From Patescibacteria group bacterium (GTDB lineage: Bacteria; Patescibacteriota; Patescibacteriia; JAHIZJ01): 64,000 nucleotides of DNA. The notes under the pieces were generated by a model. That model did no database searches, was not told the origin of the DNA, and saw nothing but the letters and a program-made list of their open reading frames with translations. The translations under genes and the position numbers were made by a program. The stretch lies in the NCBI GenBank assembly GCA_041650335.1, contig JBAZLK010000006.1, forward strand, positions 5,788-69,787, read 5' to 3'. Shown in pieces: positions 40,828 to 51,215 of this stretch (its first letter is position 1; each line of letters starts with the position of its first letter).

Positions 40828-41818
40828 CGGACTGCTCCTCTTTCTCGTCATCGGCGGTGCGCTCTGGTTTGACTTCGTCAATGGTTTTCATGACGCAGCC
40901 AACGCCATTGCGACCGTCGTTTCAACGCGCGCATTATCAGCCCGTCAGGCTATCCTCTTGGCCAGAACGCTGAACTTCGTTGGAGCGCTCGCTCACACGG
41001 CGGTTGCCTATACTATCGGCAAGGGGGTTGTCGACAGTGGTGCCGTGACACTGCCCATTCTGCTGGCGGCAGTTATGGGTGCCATCGGTTGGGGCTACCT
41101 GACCTGGTATTTTGGATTGCCGTCGAGCTCGACTCACGCCCTCGTCGGCGGCCTCATCGGTGTGGCGCTGTTCACCCACCACTTTGACTTTTCGATTCTC
41201 ATCGGCTCCGGCATACAGAAGATTCTGATTGCCATGGTTCTGTCGCCGATCGCTGGAATCGTTGGGTCAATGCTGGTTCTGACGGCGCTCAGCTGGGCAT
41301 CCTGGAAAACGCCCTATCGATCGTCAGCCAAGTTCTTCAAGCGTCTTCAGGTACTCAGTGCCTCGATGGTTTCCTTCTCACATGGCATGACCGACGCCCA
41401 GAACGGCATGGGTATCATCGCTGTCGCCCTTCTCGCGCATGGTCTGACCAAAGACTTCCACATTCCGATGTGGGTGCGTCTGGCCAGTGCAACAGCTATT
41501 GGGCTTGGCACCTCGGTCGGCGGCTGGCGCATTATCAGGACCATGGGAACCAAGATGGTCAAGCTTCACGAGCCGATTGCCGGGTGCTCAGCCGAGCTAA
41601 CCGGCGGTCTGGTCATCGCCACGGCCGCGTTTTCGGGGGCGCCGATCTCAACCACGCACGTGATCGCGACCGCGATCATGGGCACCGGAGCGGCACGCAA
41701 ACTCGGGAACATCAAGTGGAGAATTGTCCGACAGATCGTTCTCGCCTGGTTGATCACCTTCCCTGGCGCGGCGCTGGTTGGCATGATGTCGTACCTTTTC
41801 CTTCGTCTCTTTCTGTAA
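40820..41818 (+). CDS. pit: PiT family inorganic phosphate transporter
   Basis: NGFHDAANAIAT, PSSSTHA, GGWRII, PISTTH. Confidence 0.93.
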   Translation: MSDGLLLFLVIGGALWFDFVNGFHDAANAIATVVSTRALSARQAILLARTLNFVGALAHTAVAYTIGKGVVDSGAVTLPILLAAVMGAIGWGYLTWYFGLPSSSTHALVGGLIGVALFTHHFDFSILIGSGIQKILIAMVLSPIAGIVGSMLVLTALSWASWKTPYRSSAKFFKRLQVLSASMVSFSHGMTDAQNGMGIIAVALLAHGLTKDFHIPMWVRLASATAIGLGTSVGGWRIIRTMGTKMVKLHEPIAGCSAELTGGLVIATAAFSGAPISTTHVIATAIMGTGAARKLGNIKWRIVRQIVLAWLITFPGAALVGMMSYLFLRLFL

Positions 41819-41919
41819 GACTCTGCAGATTCTGCGGGGTCCTTTTCTTTTTTCTGGGAGAGGAACACTCCCTTTGAGTGTTGGGTTTTTCCATAAAAAA
41901 AGGGGAAGCCGAAGCTTCC

Positions 41920-42648
41920 CTAGCAGATCGTGGAGCGGTAATGAGCAGGCCGATCCTGGAACGAAGCAATGCCGTCGCTCACCGACAGCGGCCAGAGCAT
42001 GCAGAGGTTGCCGTCTTCCGGATCGTCCGGATGTTCGAGCAGTGCGATTGCCTGCACGAGTCCGGCGCCGATTTCGAAGTACTCGGGCAGTAAGGCCGGA
42101 TTCTCGTGATTGTTCGGCGCGAAGCTGAAGACGGCCACATGCTTGCCCCACCAAGGCTGGGAACGCATGGTGGTTCCTCGCGTCACGCCGCGGAGATGGG
42201 CGGTGGCATGTATGGTCGGGGTCAGACGGCTCTTCCGGACCTGGAGTCGTCCGTCCCTCAGACCGCGAGAACAGGCGTCAACGACAGCCGCGTCGAGCTG
42301 CTGCAGGCCGTTACAGTAGATGTACGGCTGATCGGTGCGGATCGTGGTATCCGCGTTGATGAAGCGGAGACGAACGCGCCGCGAGTCGTTCGGGAAGTCG
42401 GGCTGATCGCAAAACAGCCGGCCGACGATGTGGACATCCTCGATCCGCTGGCCGTCCGGCAACATCGGAGTCGCGACGGTCCGTCGTCCGTACACGGCCA
42501 CGTGGCGGGTTTCATCCCTTACCGGAATTTCGACCACCCGTTCGAGGTGCAGGGCGATCTTCATCGACGTTGATTCGAGCGTAGCATCTTCGCCGGGTTG
42601 GCTGAACGCTTGCTCGATAGCACCAAACAGTGGACAGGTCAGTACCAT
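41920..42648 (-). CDS. hypothetical protein
   Basis: SD GGAGGAG, ends at hairpin plus T-tract. Confidence 0.55.
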   Translation of the reverse strand: MVLTCPLFGAIEQAFSQPGEDATLESTSMKIALHLERVVEIPVRDETRHVAVYGRRTVATPMLPDGQRIEDVHIVGRLFCDQPDFPNDSRRVRLRFINADTTIRTDQPYIYCNGLQQLDAAVVDACSRGLRDGRLQVRKSRLTPTIHATAHLRGVTRGTTMRSQPWWGKHVAVFSFAPNNHENPALLPEYFEIGAGLVQAIALLEHPDDPEDGNLCMLWPLSVSDGIASFQDRPAHYRSTIC

Positions 42649-42949
42649 GACTTCTCCTCCTCATGTCGAGCCGACGACAACTGAAGAAGAGATAGTTATG
42701 TCCCGTGGTTCGATGGCTCTCACCACAGGCTCTGGTTTTGGCACCTTCTTCCAGCCGGTTTGGCCGGAAGGGTTGCCGAGCGGTCAATGGGCCAGCACCC
42801 TCGCGCTACTCGGCATAACTTCTCGACGGCGAGGACAGTGTAGGAAAGAACGCTTCGTCTGTCAAATTACGACTGACGAAGGTTTACAAAAGGCCGATAA
42901 TAGGCTACCATACAAAAACGTAACACCTATTTTTTAAATGAAACATGCG

Positions 42950-44242
42950 ATGAATGTTACCATCGAACAATTGCCGAAGAGCCTGACTAAATTGACGGTT
43001 GAGCTCGCTCCCGAAGAACTCCAGCCGTATTTGCAAGCCGCCGCAGGCCGCTTGTCGACCCGCGTAGATTTTCCTGGTTTTCGTCCAGGTAAAGCACCCT
43101 ACGAGTTGGTTAAACAGCGTCTGGGCGAGGTTGCTATTTATGAAGAAGCGACCGAGGAGATTGTAAAAAAATCGTACGTCAAGGCAGTAATCGAAAAAAA
43201 CATTGAAGCGATCGGCCGACCGGAAATAAAGGTTCAAAAAATGGCGCCAGGCAATCCGTTCGTCTTTACGGCGGAAGTGGCGGTCGTTCCGGCCGTCACA
43301 CTCGGTGATTATAAGAAACTGAAGGCTCGGAAGAAAGAAACGAAGATCGATCCGGACGGAGTCAAGAAAACGCTGGACGAGCTCCGTCGTTTGCGGGCGA
43401 AGGAAGCGCTGGTCGATCGGCCGGCTAAAATGGGCGATAAAGTTGAGCTTGATGTCAGCCTTTATCTTGACGGTATTCCGGTCGACGGCGGACAGGGTAA
43501 GAAACAGCAGATTGTCATCGGCGAAAAAATGTTTATACCCGGCTTTGAAGAAAAACTTATCGACGCCAAGGCCGGCGAGACAAAAGAATTTCAGCTGCCC
43601 TATCCGAAGGAGTATCATCAGAAGAATTTGGCCGGCCGGAACGTTGACTTCAAAGTATCGGTCAAAGCCGTTTACCAGATTGACCTGCCGGAATTAAATG
43701 ACGAATTCGCCCAGTCGCTCGGCAAGTTTAAGAATCAGTCTGAGGTGGAAGACCAGATCAAGCGAAACCTGCTCGAGGAATCGACCCTGAAAGAACAGCA
43801 GCGCTTCGAGCTCGACATGCTCAATGAAATCATTGAGCAATCAACGTTTGGTGAATTGCCCGAAGTATTAATAACTGCCGAATTGAACCGGATGATTGAA
43901 GAAATCCGTCACGACCTCGAACACCAGGGCGCCAACCTCGAGGATTACTTGTCACATATTAAGAAAACCCCGGAAGAGTTTCGCGCGGGACTTCAAAACC
44001 AAGCCGAGCGTAGGATCAAGAGCGCCCTCGTGCTCCGCGCGATTCGTGAACAGGAAAAGCTCAATGTCGACCCCGCCCTGATTGAAGCCGAGCTTGGGAA
44101 ACGCAAGGGAATGTACAAAGACGACACAGAAACGTATAATAAAATTGATTCACCCGAATATCGGGATCAGCTCGAGGAAATGTTGCTCAATCGGAAAGTG
44201 CTTGAATTTCTCGAGTCACATATTTACCCAGCCAAGGCATGA
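42950..44242 (+). CDS. tig: trigger factor
   Basis: PGFRPGKAP, FIPGFEE, PELNDEFA. Confidence 0.95.
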   Translation: MNVTIEQLPKSLTKLTVELAPEELQPYLQAAAGRLSTRVDFPGFRPGKAPYELVKQRLGEVAIYEEATEEIVKKSYVKAVIEKNIEAIGRPEIKVQKMAPGNPFVFTAEVAVVPAVTLGDYKKLKARKKETKIDPDGVKKTLDELRRLRAKEALVDRPAKMGDKVELDVSLYLDGIPVDGGQGKKQQIVIGEKMFIPGFEEKLIDAKAGETKEFQLPYPKEYHQKNLAGRNVDFKVSVKAVYQIDLPELNDEFAQSLGKFKNQSEVEDQIKRNLLEESTLKEQQRFELDMLNEIIEQSTFGELPEVLITAELNRMIEEIRHDLEHQGANLEDYLSHIKKTPEEFRAGLQNQAERRIKSALVLRAIREQEKLNVDPALIEAELGKRKGMYKDDTETYNKIDSPEYRDQLEEMLLNRKVLEFLESHIYPAKA

Positions 44243-45075
44243 AGATTGGCGCTCACGTTTCCAGCGCGGGCAACATCAGCGAAACGCCACAACGCGCGGC
44301 CGAGATCGGCGGTGAGTGTTTTCAGATGTTCAGCCGTTCCCCGCGCGGCGGGCCGGCGCCAGCGATAACACCAGCGACGGCTGCGTCATTTCAAAGCAAT
44401 CTGAAAAAATTTCAGCAAACGGCGAGTTATATTCACACGCCGTACTATATCAATCTGGCTTCGTCGAACAACCGCATCCGTTACGGCTCGATCCAAGTGA
44501 TTCGCGAGGAACTGGAGCGTGGCAGTCTGCTCGGCATCACCGCGGTGATGACGCATCTGGGGTCGGCCAAAGATTTAGGCGAAGCAAAAGCGCGGCAGCA
44601 GGTGGCCGAGGGAATAAAGCGTTTGCTCGATAGGTATGATGGGAGAACTGAGTTTCTGATCGAAATGTCAGCCGGAGCCGGTTTGATCATTGGCGACACC
44701 TTCGAAGAAATTGCCGAGCTGATCGAGGCGAGCGGCCAACGTGACATCGGTGTTTGTTTCGATACTGCCCATGCGTTTGCGTCAGGATATGATCTTCGGA
44801 CGGCTGAAGCGGTCAAAGAAACGTTTGCCCAATTTGACCACGTACTCGGTCTGAAGCGCTTGAAACTTATTCACGCGAACGACTCAAAGGCGGAATTCAA
44901 TTCCCATCGCGATCGGCACGACCATATTGGCCAAGGGAAAATCGGTTTGGCCGGCTTTCGCGCCCTGCTTCATCACCCGGCGTTACGCACAATCAACCTC
45001 GTTCTTGAAACGCCGTCAGACGGAGCCCGGATAGACGACGTAGAAATATTGAAAAAAATACGCGCTGAAAAATAA
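44239..45075 (+). CDS. nfo: endonuclease IV
   Basis: IGAHVS, HTPYYINLAS, CFDTAHAF, HANDSK, DRHDHIG, LETP. Confidence 0.95.
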   Translation: MKIGAHVSSAGNISETPQRAAEIGGECFQMFSRSPRGGPAPAITPATAASFQSNLKKFQQTASYIHTPYYINLASSNNRIRYGSIQVIREELERGSLLGITAVMTHLGSAKDLGEAKARQQVAEGIKRLLDRYDGRTEFLIEMSAGAGLIIGDTFEEIAELIEASGQRDIGVCFDTAHAFASGYDLRTAEAVKETFAQFDHVLGLKRLKLIHANDSKAEFNSHRDRHDHIGQGKIGLAGFRALLHHPALRTINLVLETPSDGARIDDVEILKKIRAEK

Positions 45076-45081
45076 TCGAAC

Positions 45082-46404
45082 GTGAAATACGCCGAGCTCG
45101 ATCACTACGTTGAATACCTACGAAAATTTCCGCGGTTTAGTAGCCGCGATTATTTGCAATTGCACCGGATACGCGCCCTGCTGCGAGAGCTGGGACATCC
45201 CGAGCGGCGGCTGCGCGGTTTTCAGGTGGCTGGCACGAATGGCAAGGGCTCAACCGTGGCCATGCTGGATTCTGTTTTACGGGCGGCCGGCTATCGGGTA
45301 GGCGCATTCTATTCCCCCCATCTGGTTTCGTATACCGAACGGTTCCAGATAAACGGTCGGCCGATCAGCCGGAAACGCTTAAGCCAAATAATTACCAGAC
45401 TTCAGCCAGCCGTTGAGCGGGTCAGCCAAAAAGTCGGTGACCGGCCGACCTGGTTCGAAGTTATAACCGCCGCGGGCGCGGTGTATTTTGCCGAATCAAA
45501 GATCGACTGGGTGGTTTTTGAAGTCGGCTTGGGCGGTCGGTTGGATGCGACGACGGCCTTGGGCTTGAAGTACAAGTGTATTACGGAGATTGGATATGAC
45601 CATATGCATATCCTTGGAACAACAATCCGCCGCATCGCCCGAGAAAAAGCCGGGATTATCACCGGGCGGAATACGGTTATCACGTCAAATACTGGCGAAG
45701 CACTTCAGGTGATTCAGAACCGCTGTCGGAAAACGCATTCACGATTATATGAAAGTCCGGCCATAAAGAATCAACAGTTGAGCGTTACCGGCACCGTCTT
45801 TTCGTTTATTGAGGCCGGCGAGTCCTATCGGGCGGCGATCAGATTCGTGGGTGAGCGTCAGGCGATAAATGCCGCCATGGTTTTTCGGCTGATGAGGGAG
45901 AGGCTGGCGCTTCCATCAAAGACAATATTGCTCGGGCTGAAAAATGCGACGCTGGCTGGCCGGTTTCAAATAATCAAAAAAAAGCCAATCATCATTATCG
46001 ACGGCGCTCATAATGTCCCGGCAATACAGTATCTTTTACGGACGCTCACCCGGCTCGGCATCGAGCGTAATCGCCTCATAACCGTATTCGGAGCAAAAAC
46101 CAGAAAAAATTATCGCGCCATGGCCAGATTACTCGCTCGGCGTTCAAAAACAATTATCTTTCCGAAGACCGGCCTGCCGAACATGGCCGCCCCGCAGAAT
46201 TTGAAACGGCTATTGCCGGCCAGCCGAGTTGTCCCCAGCCTGCGCTCGGCCCTTCGGCTGGCACAGACAAAAGCCAATAAAAATGATATGATTTTAATAA
46301 CTGGCTCTTTTTATCTGATCGGCGAAGTACTGCGCGAACGTGGCTACCGGCGAACAGCCTCAGTCGACCGGATTGACGACAATCAAATTGAGCAAAAACC
46401 ATGA
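45082..46404 (+). CDS. folC: folylpolyglutamate/dihydrofolate synthase
   Basis: VAGTNGKGST, SPHL, EVGLGGRLDAT, DGAHN, TGSFYL. Confidence 0.92.
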   Translation: MKYAELDHYVEYLRKFPRFSSRDYLQLHRIRALLRELGHPERRLRGFQVAGTNGKGSTVAMLDSVLRAAGYRVGAFYSPHLVSYTERFQINGRPISRKRLSQIITRLQPAVERVSQKVGDRPTWFEVITAAGAVYFAESKIDWVVFEVGLGGRLDATTALGLKYKCITEIGYDHMHILGTTIRRIAREKAGIITGRNTVITSNTGEALQVIQNRCRKTHSRLYESPAIKNQQLSVTGTVFSFIEAGESYRAAIRFVGERQAINAAMVFRLMRERLALPSKTILLGLKNATLAGRFQIIKKKPIIIIDGAHNVPAIQYLLRTLTRLGIERNRLITVFGAKTRKNYRAMARLLARRSKTIIFPKTGLPNMAAPQNLKRLLPASRVVPSLRSALRLAQTKANKNDMILITGSFYLIGEVLRERGYRRTASVDRIDDNQIEQKP

Positions 46405-46462
46405 CGCATTAGGCTAAAAACCAACCGTCCTATTTTATCCTTGAAGTTCGAAAGGACTGTCT

Positions 46463-47131
46463 ATGGTTTTTAGCAAATGGTATTTTCCCTCGCGGCGCGA
46501 TGTGATAATGGTCGGATTTGTTACGACCTACCTCATGGCCAATATCGTGTCCGTGAAGTTCGTCAAACTGTTCTGGCTGAATCTGCCGGCCGGCACGCTG
46601 CTCATCCCGCTGACGTTTCTCTTTGCCGATGCCTTCAGTGAACTCTACGGCCGCCGCGAAGCTCAACGCCTGATCTGGCTCGGTTTCTATGCCAACCTCC
46701 TGGTCGTTATTATCAGCAAAATTACTGTTTGGGTGGCGCCGGCGGATTTTTGGGTCGGACATGCCGAGGCGTACAATTATGTCATCAGCTCGGCGCCGAA
46801 AATAATCATCGCCAGCATTGCCGCCTATCTCATATCTCAGTCCTACGACGTCTGGCTTTTTCACCTGCTCCGCCGGCTAACGCGCGATCGCTGGTTCTGG
46901 CTGCGGAAAAACGCGTCGACCCTCACGAGCCAGTTTATTGATACGGCCGCACTCATTGGCATACTGGTACTGTTTGGGGTCGTGCCAGCGGTTGTGGCCT
47001 GGTCGGTCATCGGGTCAAATTATCTCGTGAAATCCGTCTTCGGGCTTATCGACACGCCGCTCTGCTATCTCTTGATCTGGCGCCGCCGGTCCGTGAAAGA
47101 AAAGATAAACGCACCGGAACAAATCCAGTGA
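46463..47131 (+). CDS. queuosine precursor transporter (YhhQ/DUF165)
   Basis: ELYGRREA, ASIAAYLISQ, WLRKNAST...SQFIDT. Confidence 0.85.
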   Translation: MVFSKWYFPSRRDVIMVGFVTTYLMANIVSVKFVKLFWLNLPAGTLLIPLTFLFADAFSELYGRREAQRLIWLGFYANLLVVIISKITVWVAPADFWVGHAEAYNYVISSAPKIIIASIAAYLISQSYDVWLFHLLRRLTRDRWFWLRKNASTLTSQFIDTAALIGILVLFGVVPAVVAWSVIGSNYLVKSVFGLIDTPLCYLLIWRRRSVKEKINAPEQIQ

Positions 47132-47535
47132 CAAAAACCGCCGTGAACATTATTAAAGGCCGCGTTATCCGGGGCGAAGGGCGTGGTCGCCAACAGGGCT
47201 ATCCGACGGCGAACCTCGACCGCCGGTATTTTCGGACGCATCCGATTGCAAACGGAGTGTATGCCGGACTGGTTGAAATGCGCAAGAAACAACGCCGGTG
47301 CCTGGTCATAGTCGGAGCGCCGTATGCCGCTGGCCGGAAAAAAATAAAAAAAATTGAGGTCCATATTCTCAACTTCCGCGGCAACATCAGGCGTGTCAGA
47401 CTCGAGGTTCGGCTGATCAAAAAAATCCGGCCGATGAAAACATTCACCGATCAGAAGTCACTCCTCAGGCAGATCCGGAGCGATATTCGACGGGCGAAAA
47501 ATATATTTCATTACTATTCGAAAAAACATGTTTAG
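47128..47535 (+). CDS. stand-alone riboflavin kinase
   Basis: GEGRGRQQGYPTANL, GVYAG, IEVHILNF; no FAD synthetase domain. Confidence 0.85.
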   Translation: MTKTAVNIIKGRVIRGEGRGRQQGYPTANLDRRYFRTHPIANGVYAGLVEMRKKQRRCLVIVGAPYAAGRKKIKKIEVHILNFRGNIRRVRLEVRLIKKIRPMKTFTDQKSLLRQIRSDIRRAKNIFHYYSKKHV

Positions 47536-48118
47536 CGGCATGGTCTACGACATCGGCACAATCAAGGAAATAAAAAAACGCCAAAAGGCCTGGGCACTTC
47601 ATATCCAGGCCAAACGGATTCTTGGGCGTCTCAAGGTCAGTAGCAGCGTGTCGGTCAACGGCGCCTGCCTGACGGTCGTAAAGAAAGTACCCGGCGGTTT
47701 CTGGGTCGAGGCGGTGGCTGAAACACTACGACGAACCGCGCTTGGCAAGTACCGGGTTGGCACCAGGGTAAATCTTGAGCCGGCCGTTCGGCCATTTGAC
47801 GAACTGGGCGGGCATTTGGTCCAGGGGCACATCGACTGTGTCGGAAAAATAACGGACATATTTGATACCAAGCATGACTTGATTTACACGATCGAGCTGC
47901 CGAAAAAGCTCATGCGCTACGTGGCCAACAAGGGCTTTATTGCAGTCGACGGCGTTAGCCTGACTGGTTTCAATCCTGACACGATCGCCTTTCAGGTCGC
48001 CATCATTCCGTATACGAACAAACACACCGTCTTCCAATATAAAAAGGAGGGCGACCCGGTTAACATTGAAGTCGACATGATGGCAAAATATCTTGAGCGC
48101 TTACTGCCGAAAAAATGA
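47528..48118 (+). CDS. ribE: riboflavin synthase
   Basis: MFSGMV, NGACLTV, GGHLVQGHID, DGVSLT, VNIEVD. Confidence 0.93.
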   Translation: MFSGMVYDIGTIKEIKKRQKAWALHIQAKRILGRLKVSSSVSVNGACLTVVKKVPGGFWVEAVAETLRRTALGKYRVGTRVNLEPAVRPFDELGGHLVQGHIDCVGKITDIFDTKHDLIYTIELPKKLMRYVANKGFIAVDGVSLTGFNPDTIAFQVAIIPYTNKHTVFQYKKEGDPVNIEVDMMAKYLERLLPKK

Positions 48119-48600
48119 AGCACGCGACCCTGAAAAAATCAACCGGCGCAAATTTCCGTTTCGCCGTCATCACTGCCCGCTTCAATCCAAAAATCACCGC
48201 TGGCCTGCTGAAGGGCTGTTGTCAGGCGCTGGAAGAATCGGGCATAAAACAATCACACATAACCCAACTCGAAGTGCCGGGCGCGTTTGAGCTGCCTTGG
48301 GCGGCGCAAGAAGCGGCGTTGAGCCGGAAGTTCGACGCCGTTATCTGCCTGGGAGCGATTATTCGGGGCGAAACCGACCATTACCAATACGTCGCTGCCG
48401 AGGCAGCGCGCGGCATTCGTGAAGCCGGCATGCGGACGAGGGTGCCGGTGATTTTTGGCGTCCTGACCTGCAATAATCTCACGCAGGCGGTGGCCCGTTC
48501 AACCGGCAAACACAATAAAGGCTATGAAGCCGGCTGGGCGGCAATCGAAATGGCTCGGCATGCAAAACGGCATCAGCAACTGGGTTTAAAAAAACATTAA
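48115..48600 (+). CDS. ribH: 6,7-dimethyl-8-ribityllumazine synthase
   Basis: ARFN, VPGAFELP, GAIIRGETDH, NKGYEAG. Confidence 0.95.
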   Translation: MKHATLKKSTGANFRFAVITARFNPKITAGLLKGCCQALEESGIKQSHITQLEVPGAFELPWAAQEAALSRKFDAVICLGAIIRGETDHYQYVAAEAARGIREAGMRTRVPVIFGVLTCNNLTQAVARSTGKHNKGYEAGWAAIEMARHAKRHQQLGLKKH

Positions 48601-48641
48601 TAAAGGTACGGAACTGTTTGCTACCAGAGTAGTATGTATAT

Positions 48642-49490
48642 ATGAATTATCGAAATAACAATCTATTCGGCGTGCTCGGGAGTCCGGATTTTTGGCGTTT
48701 TGTTCGGTCGTCGATTAGTCGGCGAGTAATCTGGCTGCTTGTTATCGTACTTGTCGTTTTAACCATGGTCGGTCTTCGCGGTTATGCCGTCGGTAATTTT
48801 TGGATCATTTCCCAGTACCTGCAACTCTTTCCCTATCTTATTGTCGCACTCGTGGCTTATGTTTTTTTCAAACTTGCCGCCTATCAGAAATTCTTTTGGC
48901 AGGGCTATGCTCGTAAAATGGGTTGGTCATACGTAGAGAAAGGTCTTGAAACGGACGAACACGGTCTCATGTTCCGACAAGGCCACGGTCGGAATATTAC
49001 CAGCGTCCTGACTGGTACGCTGGATAACCGGCCGCTACGTCTCCGAACATACAGGTTTCGGATTGGCAGTGGAAGATCCAGCACGATCTATGCCTACACG
49101 GTATATTCGCTTCGCTTCCAGGGGCGGTTTCCTCATCTCTATCTTGATCACCGCCAGGATGGTTTTGGCACGCAAGCGGGAGTGCGGTTGCCCGTGCCGC
49201 GTGAATTTGAGGAATATTTTCACCTGTATGCTCCCGAAGAGTATGAGATTGAGGCCTTAGCAATTTTTACGCCTGAAGTTTTTGCCGGTTTGCTCGATCG
49301 TAAACTGTACTACGATCTTGAATTTGTTGACCAGGAGCTGCATGTTTACATTGATCAGCTTGCGTATGACGAACAAACCGTCGAAAAGCATCTCGCGATT
49401 GTCCGCCAAACGGTTCAATTATTTACAGAGGCGCTTGACGCCGCACGCTACGAAGAAATACCTCGGCACTCATCCACCCTACGCGGGTAA
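48642..49490 (+). CDS. hypothetical membrane protein
   Basis: Two N-terminal TM segments plus soluble domain. Confidence 0.65.
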   Translation: MNYRNNNLFGVLGSPDFWRFVRSSISRRVIWLLVIVLVVLTMVGLRGYAVGNFWIISQYLQLFPYLIVALVAYVFFKLAAYQKFFWQGYARKMGWSYVEKGLETDEHGLMFRQGHGRNITSVLTGTLDNRPLRLRTYRFRIGSGRSSTIYAYTVYSLRFQGRFPHLYLDHRQDGFGTQAGVRLPVPREFEEYFHLYAPEEYEIEALAIFTPEVFAGLLDRKLYYDLEFVDQELHVYIDQLAYDEQTVEKHLAIVRQTVQLFTEALDAARYEEIPRHSSTLRG

Positions 49491-49500
49491 TATGATATCA

Positions 49501-50112
49501 ATGGCTGAAAAAAACGAATTACTAGAAAAAATATCTGACGAGGTTAAAACCTGCCAGCGTTGTCCGTTGCACAAAGGCTCCATCCAGGCGGTGCCGGGCG
49601 AGGGGAATCCGCGGGCTGACGTGATGTTCATCGGCGAGGGGCCGGGCGCGGAAGAAGACAAACAAGGTCGACCATTCGTCGGTGCGGCCGGGAAATTCCT
49701 CGAGGAGATGCTGGGACTGATCGGCTGGAAGCGCGAAGACGTTTTCATCGGCAATGTTGTGAAGCACCGACCGCCGAACAACCGCGATCCCTTACCCGAA
49801 GAAATAGACGCCTGCTTCCCTTTTCTCAACGCGCAGATTGAGGCGATTCAGCCGAAGGTAATCGTCTTGCTTGGCCGACATTCGATGTACCGGTTTCTGC
49901 CGTCAAATTTTAAAATATCCCTCGAACACGGCAAGGTCTTCCGGCGCCACGGCCGATATTACGTGCCATTTTATCATCCGGCCGCGGCGCTCTATCAAGC
50001 TAGCCTGAAAAACATTCTTATCAAGGATTTTAGAAAGCTGCCTCGGATTTTGGAAAAAATATCGCTCGCTGGCGCCGAGAAAAAATCTGATAACATAGTC
50101 GAAACGCCATAA
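49501..50112 (+). CDS. family 4 uracil-DNA glycosylase
   Basis: CQRCPL, GEGPG, PFVGAAG, HRPPNNRDP, YHPAA. Confidence 0.93.
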   Translation: MAEKNELLEKISDEVKTCQRCPLHKGSIQAVPGEGNPRADVMFIGEGPGAEEDKQGRPFVGAAGKFLEEMLGLIGWKREDVFIGNVVKHRPPNNRDPLPEEIDACFPFLNAQIEAIQPKVIVLLGRHSMYRFLPSNFKISLEHGKVFRRHGRYYVPFYHPAAALYQASLKNILIKDFRKLPRILEKISLAGAEKKSDNIVETP

Positions 50113-50153
50113 GTTTGGTATACTTAATTCCTAAGCCGATAACATTACCGTCC

Positions 50154-51071
50154 ATGATTGATACGAAAATTCTCGAAAAGATACCCGTCTTGGCAGGCCT
50201 AAGCACACCCGAGCTGGCCGCGCTGTCAAAAATTATCACGGTGAAGAAATACAAGAAAGGCGAAGTTTTGTTTGAACGAGGCGATGTCCGAAAATCATTT
50301 TTCATTGTTTTAAGCGGACAGGTTCATGTCTACCGGATGTTCAACGATGAGGTTCAGACCCTGGCCATCCTCGGTAAGAACAATTTCGCCGTCGAAAGCG
50401 CGCTGACCAATCCACGACTCAAACATGACCATAGCAGCGAAGTCACTGAGGCCGGCGACATGATCGAAATTCTCGGCAAGGATTTTCTCCGGTTAGCCGA
50501 TGACTATCCGCAAATCGCCAACAAGGTCTATGGCAACATCATCGCCAATTTAGCCGAGCGTCTCCATCATGCGAATAACAAACTGGTCACGATCTACTCG
50601 ACCGGCAAAATCGCCTCGACCTATACCGATCTCGATAATCTGACCGAACTGATTACGACGACGATCCTGAAAATCATCAAGGCAAACCGCGCACTCTTTG
50701 CCTTTTATCGGCCGAAGGAAGGGACGGTCTCGATCATCCAGGCGCGCGGGTATCCGAGCGACCAACGGATAAAAAATCTAAAAATAGATCTCTTCAAAGA
50801 TCCGCTCCTCGGACTGATGTATAAGACGCGGCGTGAAATTATCGTCACGCGCGAGATGTACCGGAAAAAAGCGGCGTTGCGTGTCGCCTATTCCAGCCCG
50901 GGCATGATGGGCGTGCCATTGCAGATCGGCGACCGGGTGGTCGGCGCCATCCTTCTGGGTGATAAAGTTGATATGCAGGACTTCAACTACAACAATCAAA
51001 TACTCCTCAATATTATTGCCCGACAGATTGTCCTGCCGATTGCGATGGCGGAGTCAGCTGAAACTGTCTAG
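50154..51071 (+). CDS. cyclic nucleotide-binding plus GAF domain protein
   Basis: YKKGEVLFERGD...FIVLSGQV cNMP fold; C-terminal GVPLQIGDRVVGAILL...FN GAF signature. Confidence 0.8.
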   Translation: MIDTKILEKIPVLAGLSTPELAALSKIITVKKYKKGEVLFERGDVRKSFFIVLSGQVHVYRMFNDEVQTLAILGKNNFAVESALTNPRLKHDHSSEVTEAGDMIEILGKDFLRLADDYPQIANKVYGNIIANLAERLHHANNKLVTIYSTGKIASTYTDLDNLTELITTTILKIIKANRALFAFYRPKEGTVSIIQARGYPSDQRIKNLKIDLFKDPLLGLMYKTRREIIVTREMYRKKAALRVAYSSPGMMGVPLQIGDRVVGAILLGDKVDMQDFNYNNQILLNIIARQIVLPIAMAESAETV

Positions 51072-51129
51072 CCTCATTCAATATACTAAAAAACACTTGT
51101 CCGTAATGGCCGAGTGTTTTTTTTATTGA

Positions 51130-51215
51130 TGGTGCCGCGGGAGAGCCCCGAACCATGCAAGATTCGGGGGAACTCTCATGGGGTTGCCCCGGACCCATCG
51201 CGGTTCGGGGTAAGT
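51130..51215 (-). pseudogene. 3' half of tRNA-Leu(TAA) interrupted by two palindromes
   Basis: TGGTGCCGCGGGAGAG and GAACTCTCATGGGGTTGCCCC identical to the intact tRNA. Confidence 0.85.

Noticed and set aside
46405-46462. preQ1 riboswitch upstream of the YhhQ-type transporter
   Set aside because: No GGUUC..CCC stem with A-rich tail visible in the 58-nt gap
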